Origin: Psammoneis japonica | Taxonomy: Eukaryota | NCBI GenBank assembly: GCA_008632985.1 | Contig: QPGO01000382.1 | Span: 1-35,653, forward strand | Direction: 5' to 3' | DNA length: 35,653 bases | Part shown: positions 1-11,554 of the stretch, one piece after another | Layout of the letters: every line of letters begins with the position of its first letter | Position numbering within the stretch: position 1 is the stretch's first letter | Position numbers and translations under genes: made by a program | The notes under the pieces: model-generated | The model's input: the letters and a program-made list of their open reading frames with translations, nothing else | Database searches by the model: none | Told to the model about the DNA's origin: nothing

Positions 1-3000
1 TGGACAGAAAACCTGCTGCAAAGGAGTGGCTGTGCCTGCATTGGCAGCAGCCGGCACTGCATCATCTTCCCACACAATGTGTGGGGGAGTGCCGCCAACT
101 CAATTTCTGAGCTTTTGATGCTGGTGACTCTCCAGGGATGTGGTGTGGAGAGGCAAAAGCCAATGTGTTTTGGCCATTTGCAAAAAAGTGCACAAAGAGA
201 GAAAAAGCCTCACTGGACTGTGATCTGGTGGGGCGGCATGTTGCTTTCAAGAAAAAAAGAATGACGCGGGTTTCTGCCGACCGAGCAAAATGTTGGCTCT
301 CCAGAAAGAAGTGGGCTGCCATTCACAGGGACCCAAGTCCACTGTTGCAGAATGTTTGGTCATTTTGTGCACACATGGTGCTTGCATTCCATGCAGCTCT
401 TGTGGCAGCTTTGGTGGCTGGGAGCAAGGTGAGACGAGAAAGCAGGGTGCGTGACTGACGCCCTTGACACCAACTTTGATCAAATCTTCAGCGGCTTGAT
501 CCTCAAGCCCATGAGGTGGGGCATCTTCATGAAAAGCTCCCTGCATTGATGATGCAGAGTTGGCACATGGGGTGGTGCAGGCAATGTTTGTTTGTTTGTT
601 TGCCCATCAGATTCTGAGGTGGACGTGTCTTTGGCCAAAAGGTGGCCCATGTTTGCTCTTGTGCAAACAGTGCACCTGCTGGCCCATGACTGCAACAATG
701 GAACAACAGAGTCAGTGCATTGGGCATTGCTTGTTTGTCTGTCAGGTGCATGGGTGGCACACATCTTGAGCCACAAGGCTGTGCATTCTTTGCTTTGTGT
801 GCACAAACAACACCAGCTGGCCCACACTCACAAAGGCACCACCGCCAGCACAGTTCCACCAAATGCCTCAATGGTTGTGTGAATGGCACAGAAATGGCAT
901 GTGGGTGTTGTTTGTTTGTCAAGCATGCAGAAGAGGAGTGAGGTGCATGTCTTGAGTTGCAAGGGGGCTTTTCACTCTTGCTTTGTGTGTGCACACAAGC
1001 AACACCTGGCTGCTGTGCTCACAAAGGCTGGCTCAACTCTGCCAAGTGCCTCAACAGCTGTTGCTTTGAATGCTCATTGGCTGTCTTGCATCTTGGCTGC
1101 ACAACCCACCACCATTTGTGCTCCAGCAGTGGGAGAGAGTTCCCCAAGCTCTGCTTTGAGTTCATGTGAACTCTCTCTCCTGGGACTTGTTCCAGTCTCA
1201 GGTGCACACATGCACAAAAAAATGCCCTTTTCAACAGAGTCAAGGGTGGAAAATCCCTTGTTTTGGGGGGCATTTTAGCAATTTCACAGGCAAAATGGCT
1301 AAAACAAGACAGTGATTTTTGCAAACGCGCACAATCAATGGAAAAACACACTCAAACGGCTTGAGTGTGAATGCCGAGCGAGCTCACTGTGCAAACAACA
1401 ACACAACACAATGGCCGAAATGCCATTTGTCAAACACAGTGGAGGTGGGGAGGCCTCCAACTTTCTTCACAAGTTTGTCACCCACATCAAACATGACACA
1501 CTTGTGAAAAAAAGGTCAAGGCTGCCCCACTGAGTTTTCAAGAAAGAACGGCATTTTTTGGCCATTGTTGTGTTGTTTGCACAGTGAGCACAGAATGGGT
1601 TGGCGTGTGTTTTTCCACAATTGAGTCACAAATGAACAAGACACCACCAGTCATTTTTGGTGCTTTTTGCACCAAATGCATGAAAAAAAAGCAAGAGATT
1701 TCCCACCCTCAAAACCCAATGAATTTCAAATGTGTTGATGTGGGCGTGCATGCAGAAAGGTCTTGTTTGTGCAATCATGTGTGCAAAACTGAGGATGCAC
1801 AAGATGACATGGGAGCTCAGTTTTCCAATGAGCAGTTTGTGGTCCCAAGCACAAGTTGCTCTCAATGGAATGAATGAAAACACTTGTCATTGACAAATGA
1901 GTTTTAGAAGACATGAGAAGATGTGAAACTCAGCCCATGCAATGGAGCCAGCTTTGGACACTTTTTCACCACTTTGATGACACAAATGACTGGGAGTGCT
2001 TGTGCCAGTTGATGGTTGATGACACGGAGGAAGCGCACATGGCAGTGTGAAAAAGAGCTTGCCCTCAGAGACCAACTGTGAGTGAAATGAGGCTCAATTG
2101 TTGATGCTGACAGATGTGTTTTTTTCTGCTGTGCTGCAGATTGCAACAGGCATTTTTTGTCATTGCCATTGATGGCACAGACTCTGTGAAATGCCATGGT
2201 CCTTGTCATGTCATTCAATTTCCACAAACTGAAAATGGCAGGCTGTCATGGTTGCTGAAAGCCATGGCCATTTGGCTGTGTTGGTTGGCTTGAATTTCAT
2301 CTTTGCAGCTGATGTTGAAGAAAACACAAAATGTTTGTTTTTTGTGAAAAAAAAACTACGAGGTCCCACCTGCCAGGGCTGGAACTCATCACAAAACTGG
2401 GTCCATCCTGCTGGATTTTCTTTCCACTTTGTTCTCTCCACAGTTCTTCCAGCAGGTCTTGTAGACTGGGAAAGGTCTGCACTGCCTTGCACCATCTTTG
2501 ACCTGCAAATCATCACTGAACACAGCCATGCAGTCTAAAACTTGTCCATCTCTTTCTCTCAAATGCTTCGCTCTTTCTTTGAAAAGTGCTGTGTTGACAG
2601 AATCTCTGTCTTCATTTTCTGTGTGTGTGTGCTTTGTGTCCTTGGGCAGCTGCTTTCATTTGTCATGTCCATGTCTGCAAGTGTGACTTTTCCATGATCC
2701 CAGAAGCGCTTCAGAAGCTTTCCCCATTTTGGGTCATCCTTGAATCTGTGCATGTCATGCAGCTCGTCCATGCAGCACTTCACCCAATCTTGGAATTCCA
2801 CACGTCTCTTTGCACAAAGGACAGATGTTGCAACCCACTGGTGCTCTGGCTGCCTGGAATCACCTGCAGACACTGCGTTCATCCCTCCGCAAGGTTTTCC
2901 CAGGCTGTGCTTTAATGTGGCTTTCAACACATCAAAGTGCATGGTTGTACATGCAATGCCATTCATTTTTATCTTGTGATGTGCAAGACTGCCTTGTGGC

Positions 3001-4670
3001 TTCTTCTGTCTCCCTCCGACACAGCTGAAAAAGCAACCACATGTCTTGACTGGTGTGAGCAGTGCAAGCTCCATTTCGGCCAGAGATGTGTGGGGCAAAC
3101 AGCGCACCCACAGCGTGCGACAAGCACTTTGTCAAGAGAGCACAAAATGGGTCAGAGCACAACACAAAGGAGGCAAGGATGACATGCGTTCATCTGCCAG
3201 CATTGGCCCTGCCGGGCACACAACCCTTGCCGGACCAAATGCAGCTTTGCAATGGGACCACTCACCCCGGGTCCACCGTTGGAACATTGGGCAGCCTGTC
3301 CCCTGCCGTCGATGTGGACTCCAGGGTTTTGAGGGGGTGGCAAACCTCTCTCCAACAAAAAAAAGGGAGGAGCTGGAGACAAAATCAAGAAGGCCCTGAG
3401 TGAGCACAGCTGCACGCACTGCAAGAAGCCTGGTGGTCTCCAGTTGTGTGGGTGACACTTTGGGCCAGCAGCGCACCTCTTTGGGTCTGCAGTTTGGCTT
3501 CTCCATTGTGGAGCTCACCACAGAGGATGTGATGGGGGCAAGGGTGGGGGTGCAGTGCCCAAAGCCAACCTCAAAGACTTGGGTGGAACTAGCTCACTTG
3601 TTCAAGCTGAGGTCTGACTGTGCCACATTTTTTCCAAAGCTTCTGTCCATGCCAAAAAATTGCTGCATCAAGTGGAAATCAAACCAGGAGTTGGCAGTGC
3701 TCAAAGACTCAATTGAAAATGACTGCTGTGAGCTCCTAGAGAACCCGGCAGCTGTTTTCCAGCATGGTGAAAGCAACCCCCAAAGCAGCCAAGAGGTGGA
3801 GCAAGTCTCCAGTGAGTTGGCCCAAGCTGAGGTTGAAGTCTTGCTGCTGGTTGCACTTGAGCCAGAGAGCCCAATGCCAGCAGCAGCACCACTGGTTGAC
3901 TGCTCTAGCACAACAAGTGGCCCATGTTGCAAGCACTGTGAACAATGATGGAAAGGGGCCAACCAAAGACAGTGCAGCGCAGCTCCTTTTGGGTGCCCCA
4001 GACCAGCCAGTGAGTGTTTGTGGCACAGACAGGAGGAGTGCATGCCAGTCAAACAAAAGAGCATTGCTGTGAGTGTGCCAGAAGCTGCAGAAGGGTGCAG
4101 TTCTTGGGTGAGGCAGTGGCACAAAAACAAGCGCCGTGCAGAGAGGGCTGCAGAGCTCTGAAAGAAAAAGAAACAGCAGCAAGTCACACTCAGTTCTGTG
4201 CAAAAATCAGTGCCAAGCTCTGTGGCAAAAAACCAAAAAACATCAGGCCCACATTGCAAGAGCACCGGAGAGAGCTCCTTTGGTTGTTGCCACAAGGGCT
4301 GGGTGGCACACAAGCTTGAAGCAACACCACACTGGGGGGCCAGCGGCCACAAGCTGGCAAACAACAGCAAAAAAAAGAGTGGCGGAGTTGGGCACAGTTG
4401 CCCATGGCTAAAGAAGACAGAGAAAAGTCGAGCTGTGTGCTGACTGTGAGCAGGGATGAGCGCCACACTGTTCACCACCCAAGCACAGCCACGTTCTTTT
4501 CTCTGCACTTTTCGACGTTGGCCTGAGGACTGGAGCATGCTGCCATTCTGCAACAGCCTCAGCAGACCAACATCTCTTGAAAATCAAGTGTGGCAAATGG
4601 GTAACAGTCCACTGTCACTGCCAGTTTGGGTTGATCCGGCTGGTGGTGGCATTGAAAAAGGTCAGCACAA
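1..4670. mobile_element. Heavily decayed repeat/transposon-derived block, depleted of TpA and CpG (runs off the window start)
   Basis: Only about 15 TA dinucleotides seen by eye in 4.67 kb; TG/CA-rich; six-frame ORFs are Cys/His/Gln-rich and almost Tyr-free; contains a helicase relic. Boundaries approximate. Confidence 0.6.
2570..2960 (-). pseudogene. Relic of a PIF1-family (SF1B) DNA helicase, possibly from a Helitron-like element
   Basis: Minus-strand KPCGGMNAVSAGDSRQPE resembles PIF1 motif III (xPFGGxxVxxxGDFxQLxP), followed by ELHDMHRFKDDPKWGKLLKRF (motif IV-like, LxxxxRxxxDxxxxxLLxxxR). After a frameshift comes QLPKDTKHTHTENEDRDSVNTALF (NxxxDxxN motif). Confidence 0.65.
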
Positions 4671-4901
4671 AAAAGTCTAGAAAACGTCGCGTGCGGACAG
4701 ACCACCACTGCGAAATGCTGAACGTGTGGTGACACCCAAGTTCTAGAGGGATGACAAGATCTACTGTGTTGTGAACTACACTACCCTGTGTTGCAACTAT
4801 GAGCTTGGTTCTCAGTGTTGTAGTTTGTTACCCAATGATCACGAATGCACCTGTCAGATTTTGAGCGCATCTTTTGCCCAAAACAATTTTTGCGCACCGC
4901 G

Positions 4902-6984
4902 TTAAGCGCATTGCTTGTTTTGACCATTTCCTGTGAATCCATTGCAGCAATTGCTGCAATTTCCAGTGCATGTCACACCTGCACCATCACAAGGAGGTGG
5001 ACTTGCCACTGGCGCTGGCGTTGAACCGGGTTGACCGTTGCACGACTTGTTGTTGCCGCTTCCAGAGTATCCATAGCAGCAATCGTTGCAGGCACCACCC
5101 GAGCACGGACCTGGTCCGAGGCACGGTTCTGTTGGAGAAAACGATGGTGACACAGTCGGAAAAGGCGTCGAGCTCAACGTTGGTGATGCGGTCGGAGAAG
5201 GCGTCGGGCTCAACGTTGGTGAAGGCGACGGTTCCGGCGTTGGAGGCGACGCGCCTCCCAAAACATTGCAGGCTGCAGGATAATGCGCCTCCATCATCTC
5301 AGGCAGGACCACTTCTCCAAAGGCCGTGAGTACATCTTCCTGCATGTCCCAAAAGTTGGCTCTCAGATATCGCGGGAATTCAATTTGAACACCATCAATC
5401 GAACCTCCAGACTGACTTCCGTGAGTTTCAACGTTGTAGCCACCCTGAAAATACGATTCTCCTTCAGCTGGAGCGCTAACCATGGGTGATGGAACGGACA
5501 AGTATCCAGACGCGTTTGCAGCAGTCGGCAGCTCAAACAGTGCCCCCATACTCCAGATGCCACGCACGATACTTGAAAAGGAAGCGTTATTGTGCGTGGG
5601 CATGTTCTTGATAGAGCTCGTATAAGCCAGGCCGTCCACAAAAGAGTCATCTTCGCGTAATTGACTAGAAGAGAGCTTGTATCCTAGTTCAATGCGCGCT
5701 TCGGGATGAATGTGTCCATGAAAGTCAACAAGCAGACCGGCACCGCATGGGTGGTTGTTTTCAATGTCTGCTCGTGCGGCGGTGGCAAAGATGTGGAAAT
5801 CGTTGTATGTGTCAATAGCCGTTTGGTCAAACTGCGCCGCCTCGTCGATTTCGCGATTGGGGATCGAGCTTGATTCGACCAAGACGATTGATGACTAAAT
5901 GGCATGTCTCTCCCGTATACGCTTCAAAGACGTCATTAGCTCTGCGAGCCATGTCTTGGGTGTTTTCGTCGTTTGCGGTAACGGCACGACAATTGGTCGA
6001 ATCCTCTGGTGTACACGTTTTGCTCCAATCACAACTTGTACCATCCCAACATCCGTGGGTACGGTCGTCAATGTCGCCGGGATAAAGGTCGCCATCGTGA
6101 CCCGTGAGAATGATGCATGCCGCCGTTCCGGGAATGTATTCAGTGTACCCGTTGGCTCCGCGTTGACCTGTGCGAATCGTAAAGGGAGTTGATGGTGCTT
6201 GGTAGTCAGAAAGACGAATTGAAGAAGTTGACGTTGTCTTGAAGCGTTTGCGATTGACCATCCACTCCTTGAGGGTATCCAGTGTCGCAGACTGCACAAG
6301 AAGCATATATTAGAAAAGAACGGAAAGATGGTGAGAGGAACAGTTTCCAAAAATAAGTTGTCCTTTGTATCTTGGTTTTTGACTTTTTTGCCTTACCTTG
6401 GCATACCAGGGTCGGTACCAAAAGCTATCGGAGTGATCGAATGAAACCGCCGATACTCCATCCACGAGACCGGTGGGCACGGCGCTCTGATCCGATCCCG
6501 ATACGCTAGCGCAATCTTCCCAACCTCCCGTTGAGTCAAACGCAAAAATCAAGCTAGGGCTGGTCGTGTCTCCTTGATAGATAATGAGCTGGTCACCATT
6601 TCCAGTGGTAAACGAGACAGTACCAGACAAAACCTCCCACTCCAACCCTTGTCCTTGGGGAGTGCTTTCGTCCTCAAATTCAAAAACGCTGNGCCGACAC
6701 GGCCGTTTGAGCGGTGAATTTGATGACAGATTCACCGGATTGAAAGCCACTACAAGTCCACCCCTTGTCGGTAAAAAAGATTTCCGTTCCTGCTTCCAGT
6801 GACACCCAAGTCACAAATGCAAAAGCGTCGGGGTCATCCGAAGCAAAGGCAACAATCTGAATGTCGTTTGGAGAAAGGACTGTTGCAGCGTTGGTAAGGA
6901 TCAGTTTGCTCGAGGAAAATAGTAACGCCGCCACCAGTGTCAGAGCGGCGTTGGACAAAAAAGAAGCGGTGATGAGCTAACCAT
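4902..6984 (-). CDS. Secreted multidomain protein: signal peptide, N-terminal extracellular beta-type domain, N-formylglutamate amidohydrolase-like (Zn hydrolase) domain, Pro/Ser/Thr linker and two Cys-rich repeats
   Basis: Assembled from ORFs 6680..6958, 6310..6750, 5827..6306 and 4902..5882. ATG at 6984; hydrophobic N-terminus; motifs GHDG, DENT, INRLGRIKLDPNR, DFHGH, YFQGGY and GVQIEFP; PTPSPTASPT linker. One intron (6292..6396) and apparent frameshifts at ~6960 (A-run), 6691 (the N) and ~5860 (G-run). Confidence 0.75.
6292..6396 (-). other. Spliceosomal intron (105 nt)
   Basis: Minus strand AAG|GTAAGG ... CTAAT ... TGCAG|TCT; removal joins WYAK to SATLDTL in frame. Confidence 0.75.
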
Positions 6985-7374
6985 GGTCAAGAGTGAAGAT
7001 GAAGAGGCAGGAGAGCGACGAGACAACAGACAAGCGAGTCAAAACAATGTTTCTTGAAGCCAATCTGAAATCCGTGTTGTGTTTTTTAGCATAATACTTG
7101 TATAACTTCAAGTGACTCTCTTAAAAAGTAAGATAGTCGTATCGTACGACAGTTCGAGTCTTGGTTCAAGTTCAGTATTTATTGTCAATGACCTTCTCCA
7201 GGCACTCTCCACCGTGAGCCTCGCTGCGCGCTGTATGGTAGGGCCCGCTTACCGCTTATTTGCCAATCCGTTCTGCGGTGCCTATCATATGTGGATATGG
7301 TAGAGGTAGTAGAGCAGGGAGCATTTTGACGTCGGGAAGTCTATTATTTGCATTACTATATTTTTCAAAACATC

Positions 7375-8643
7375 ATGTCAGAGGAGGAAGCAACCAGCAA
7401 GATGGAACTGCCAATCCAGAAGCGCATTGACAGGCTTCCCCGGGACTGCATCACTTGTGACTGTAAAGAGTGCGGCAAGGCGTCTCCGTCAAAACGATGC
7501 TCTCGGTGCAACTGCGTTTATTACTGCTCCCAGTCTTGCCAGAAGAAGGACTGGCATCAGCACAAGCCGGACTGCAATCTTGGTTTGCACGTGTTGAAGC
7601 AGCAGGGGCTCAATGCAGAGTTGGTAGACAGAGAATCCGCAGACGTTACACCCGTCAATAATGCGAACGAGTGTCCCATTTGTTTGACTACCGAAATGCA
7701 GAATCCCGTCATCCTTAGAGCGTGCAGGCATCAGTTTTGCTTCGCGTGTCTCAAAGCGTGGCAACAGCGGCCAAACGCAAATTCCTGTCCCATGTGCCGG
7801 TCACAAGCAGAAGATGTACAAGAGAGTGCCATGGAGAAAGCAAGGATGCTTGCGACGAGGGCGGTTCAGTTGGAACGAAAGCGAAACGCGAACAGCGAGG
7901 AGATTCAAGATATTCGCCGAGAGGCGCTCCAGGAGCTAGAAAATGTTCTTACCGGGACGACGCAACCTCATCTTCAAGCCATGATTACAAAGGCAGAAAT
8001 TCTGGTCCATTCAAAAGAATATTCAACAGCCATTGACCTTTTTGATCGAATCATCGAGATTGACAACGAGCGACACTCGAAAATGAATAGGGCCAAAGAG
8101 CTAGTGGAACGACATGATCGAGCGACTGACATGGGTTTGGTCGATGCAGAAGCAGAGCGTGAGCTGGATGAGCTGGACAAGGAAATGAAATCGCAAGGCG
8201 TCGCAACACGATTGAAGGGTGAAGGTCCAACTCGGCACATTGAAATTCTTCTCGTGAAAGCTTCGACGTACGAGAACATGGAGCAGTGGGACAACGCCAA
8301 GCAAGTCCATCTTAGTCTTTTGGAGATGCCTGGTTTTGACGAGGGATCGACACCTCCACAGCAGCGAGCAGTCTTTATGGGCCTTTCCAAGTGTGCGTTT
8401 CACCAGGGCGTGTACGACAAATCGATTGAATGTGCCGAAGCTGCATTGGAGATGAACCGACACTTTCCCTGGGTCCACAAGTATATTGCACTCTCACAAA
8501 AGGCCCAAGGCAACCTCACGGGAGCAGCAGAAACCATGAATCGGGCGGTCTTGTACGAAACACCGTGGGACGATGATCATCGAGAAGAAGTCCTTCAACT
8601 CTACGAGCAACTCAAGGCGGAACTTGATGCAGAATCAAGCTGA
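7375..8643 (+). CDS. MYND zinc finger + RING finger + TPR protein (putative E3 ubiquitin ligase)
   Basis: CKECG...RCSRCNCVYYCSQSCQKKDWHQHKPDC (zf-MYND); CPIC...CRHQFCFACL...CPMCR (C3HC4 RING); C-terminal TPR-like helical repeats. First ATG at 7375. Confidence 0.88.
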   Translation: MSEEEATSKMELPIQKRIDRLPRDCITCDCKECGKASPSKRCSRCNCVYYCSQSCQKKDWHQHKPDCNLGLHVLKQQGLNAELVDRESADVTPVNNANECPICLTTEMQNPVILRACRHQFCFACLKAWQQRPNANSCPMCRSQAEDVQESAMEKARMLATRAVQLERKRNANSEEIQDIRREALQELENVLTGTTQPHLQAMITKAEILVHSKEYSTAIDLFDRIIEIDNERHSKMNRAKELVERHDRATDMGLVDAEAERELDELDKEMKSQGVATRLKGEGPTRHIEILLVKASTYENMEQWDNAKQVHLSLLEMPGFDEGSTPPQQRAVFMGLSKCAFHQGVYDKSIECAEAALEMNRHFPWVHKYIALSQKAQGNLTGAAETMNRAVLYETPWDDDHREEVLQLYEQLKAELDAESS

Positions 8644-8836
8644 AGAGGGGAGCATCAGTTACGATTCACTATACAGAAAGTCGAGCCGTGCAAGACCAGA
8701 GGAGCTAAAGCATTAGCAGTGTGGGATGTTTAACTCAAACATCTCTCACCCATGTCCTCCGATTGCCAATGACTTTTCGACAAAGCAGTAGTCTGTGGCA
8801 CGTAAAGTCATTGCCAAGCGCATGTCATAGCCTCTC

Positions 8837-10378
8837 TTAGTAAGTGCACATCCACCTTGCGACGCAACTTATCAAGCTCTCGGCGTCTTCTTGCCATTCA
8901 CCATCTCGCTGTGGTTGCTCAGAACAATCCAGCTCAATAACATGCAGCTTTGAATCCCTAGCACCCACTGCTGTTCGACTCTTGTCTATCATGACGGGGT
9001 CTGACCATATCTCCCCGTCAACTTTCCATCGACAACTTTCCTGTCCGCCCTTTGATAGTTTGATGATGTCCCCGGCTGTGGTACAGACAACAATTGAGTC
9101 ATTCTCCAATGTCAACGGTTTCGAGTAAACCACTGAAAGGCAATCGCACTCCCAGCACAAGGATAAATCTGAACTGTTGACACACCGAACAATTCCATCA
9201 TGGCAACCAAACACAATCGTTCCATTTGACAAGAGTGCTGGTCCGCTAAAGATGGGCTTGTTTGATACCTGACGTTTTCTTTCGGAGCCACTTCTGACAT
9301 TGACGGCATGGAGATTGCCACAGACATCACCGAAAAGCACCGAATTGTCACTTGTTGTCAAAAGATCAGAGTGCACCAGGTACTCAACACCAGGAATGTG
9401 TGTCACCGTAGATCCTTTGACCATTGCCAAGCCTGCATCCCAGTCGCTAAAGGTGCAAAGGCAACGATTCAGTTCCAGACGGAAGTTCAAGTACAGCAGC
9501 ATCACTGCCATCTTGAGCACTCAGAATATGCAGGCGTTTCCCGGAGACAACGTAGACTAACGAATCGACATGGACTGGCTGAGATTTAATCATTCCATTC
9601 AATTCCCTGGTCCATTTTGCTTCTGATAAATCCAGTTTCACAGCCGCTACAATCCCACTCTCCAGTTCTGAATCATACCCGTACACAATTATAGAGTCAT
9701 TAACGACCGCCAAATCTGCTTGAATGCTACACCCCAGCTCGTAAAGTGATGCTACCTCGTTTCCACTTACAATCCTTTGGATGATGGCACCCTGGCAGGC
9801 ACCGTAAATGTCTACGCCGTGTGCCAGTGGTGCTGCATCTACGCAAGCTTTGAACTGGACTGCCACATGTCCCTCTCTGACAAACGCAGAATGTCCCTTT
9901 TCTCAAAGGGCTCTTGTGTCTGAATTTCATTCTCTGGTTGCCTTTGCTTCAAGCATCGTTCATCATGAATCAAACCCTTGAGTTCCCTAATGCTGCATGC
10001 GTTCAGAATGTGCCATGCTGTCATTTTGTTTCCACATTTCCCAGTTGCTTGCAATTTGTACAAGAGTGTAATTGCGAGGGCAGAGTCTCCTCCCATTTCA
10101 ACAAAAGACTTGGCGGCACCAAGAACTTGTCCGCCAAGAACCTCTTGTAAAATAAAATCAACTTTGTCTTTGCATTCTTCTCCATCCTTTTGCTTGTCTT
10201 TTGATGAAATCTCTGTTGCATGTTGCCGCACTCGAGCTCGCTTGATTTTTCCAGTGCTCCCAGATCGAGGAAGAGACTTGACGCATGACGCATCCTTGGG
10301 GACCAGATTCCAAGGAACTGCAACCGTGTTTCTCATTTTCTCTCTACCAAACAGCACCTGCTGTTCCACCACCAACAT
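8837..10378 (-). pseudogene. AASDH-like (adenylation-thiolation-PQQ beta-propeller) gene; 3' half recognisable, 5' half degenerate
   Basis: LPRSGSTGKIKR (A10-like end of an adenylation domain); SFVEMGGDSALA (phosphopantetheine site, ~10081-10105); PQQ-type repeats KACVDAAPL, KPIFSGPALL, VFGCHDG, DGEIWSDPV, VGARDSKLH. Frameshifts at ~9860 and ~9460-9520. No recognisable upstream A domain in the TpA-free sequence 10380-11550. Confidence 0.7.
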
Positions 10379-11554
10379 GCCAACATTGGAATTTACAGTG
10401 CATGCCGCGCAACATGAAATCTTGTGAGAACATCCATGACAACAGCTTCAAAGTGGCAGAGTGCCACTTTGCAGTGGACAGCTCACCACGGTTGATGGCA
10501 GCAACATGGGCTTGGCTCATGGTGGAACAACAGGATGTCAGAAACCTGGAGAGGCTCATCCAATCTCAAAAAAGGAAAAGTGAGAGCAATCTCACCGGAA
10601 AGTGGAGAGGACACCAGCATGTGAAAATTGAAAATTGCACGGGAAGGACAAGCATTGGCTGACATCATGTCAGTTCAGCAAACGCAGCCCTCTCCGATTC
10701 CCACGCTCATCCAATCAATGAAGACAAGAAAGAATCCAGGTTTCATTCCCATGTGACGGGTCCGTTTTCATCACACCACTCATCATCGTGATGGCGCGCA
10801 TTTCGCGAGAAGAATGAGAAAACCCCAAAGACGTGGTGGCAAATTTCATTTTGACCAAACCCTCCAGGGAATGCATGTGTGCACATGTGATTGACATCGA
10901 CCGGATGGAGCTGGCAATTCCAGTGCAACAGTGCATGAGCATTTGAATCCACACACACTGCATCCCTGGGAGAGGAAAAAATTGGACACGCCAAGAGGAA
11001 AGGCAATGACCATGGGCCTCAAAGCGGCAAGAAGAGGGGCCCAACATGGGTGTTCAAGAAAAGAGCAGCAAATGGACTGAAAAGCCACACTGACATCACC
11101 CATGCAGGACTTTGATGGCACTCAGACCGCGTGTGTGAGGATCATGTGCTCCTTGCAAGAAAGCTCACCATTGAAAGGTGTGGCAACACAGGCCAGAGCA
11201 CAAGACAATCCTCAGCCACCAACCACAGTCAGCACAAATGCAGAGAAGGTGGGAAGTGCAACCACAGGACAGCGCAGAAATGGCGTGGCAACAATGGCAC
11301 CAACGCACGAGACACTCCCGGCTGCGAAAGCAGACCACATTGGGGGGATTTTCAATGTAGACTGACAGGGGGAGAAAAGAAACCATTCGATTTTCATCAT
11401 TGGCATCTCCCAGGAGACGCCTCCGACAGCACCATGGTGTCTCCCATCCTGCCAGACAATGAGGGATCCCTTGGGCTGGCCTCGTTCCCGAGTGTCCAGC
11501 TCATCTCGTCTGTTGTCCGTCCTTCAACCCATTCCGCTCCTGTGGCTTTGTTCA

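Noticed and set aside
62..4680. Dense overlapping six-frame ORFs (e.g. 3594..4553, 319 aa; 3400..3948) as novel Cys/His-rich proteins
   Set aside because: Loss of TpA removes TAA and TAG stops on both strands, so long spurious Tyr-free ORFs are expected; no coherent domain apart from the helicase relic.
4670..4760. CTAG at the edge of the first tract as a Helitron 3' terminus
   Set aside because: The helicase relic is on the minus strand, so its 3' end should lie leftward; no convincing subterminal hairpin or A|T insertion site was seen.
5130..5250. Repeated ~24-36 bp units as a CRISPR-like or regulatory array
   Set aside because: They encode the PTPSPTLS linker of the minus-strand secreted protein; there is no repeat-spacer structure.
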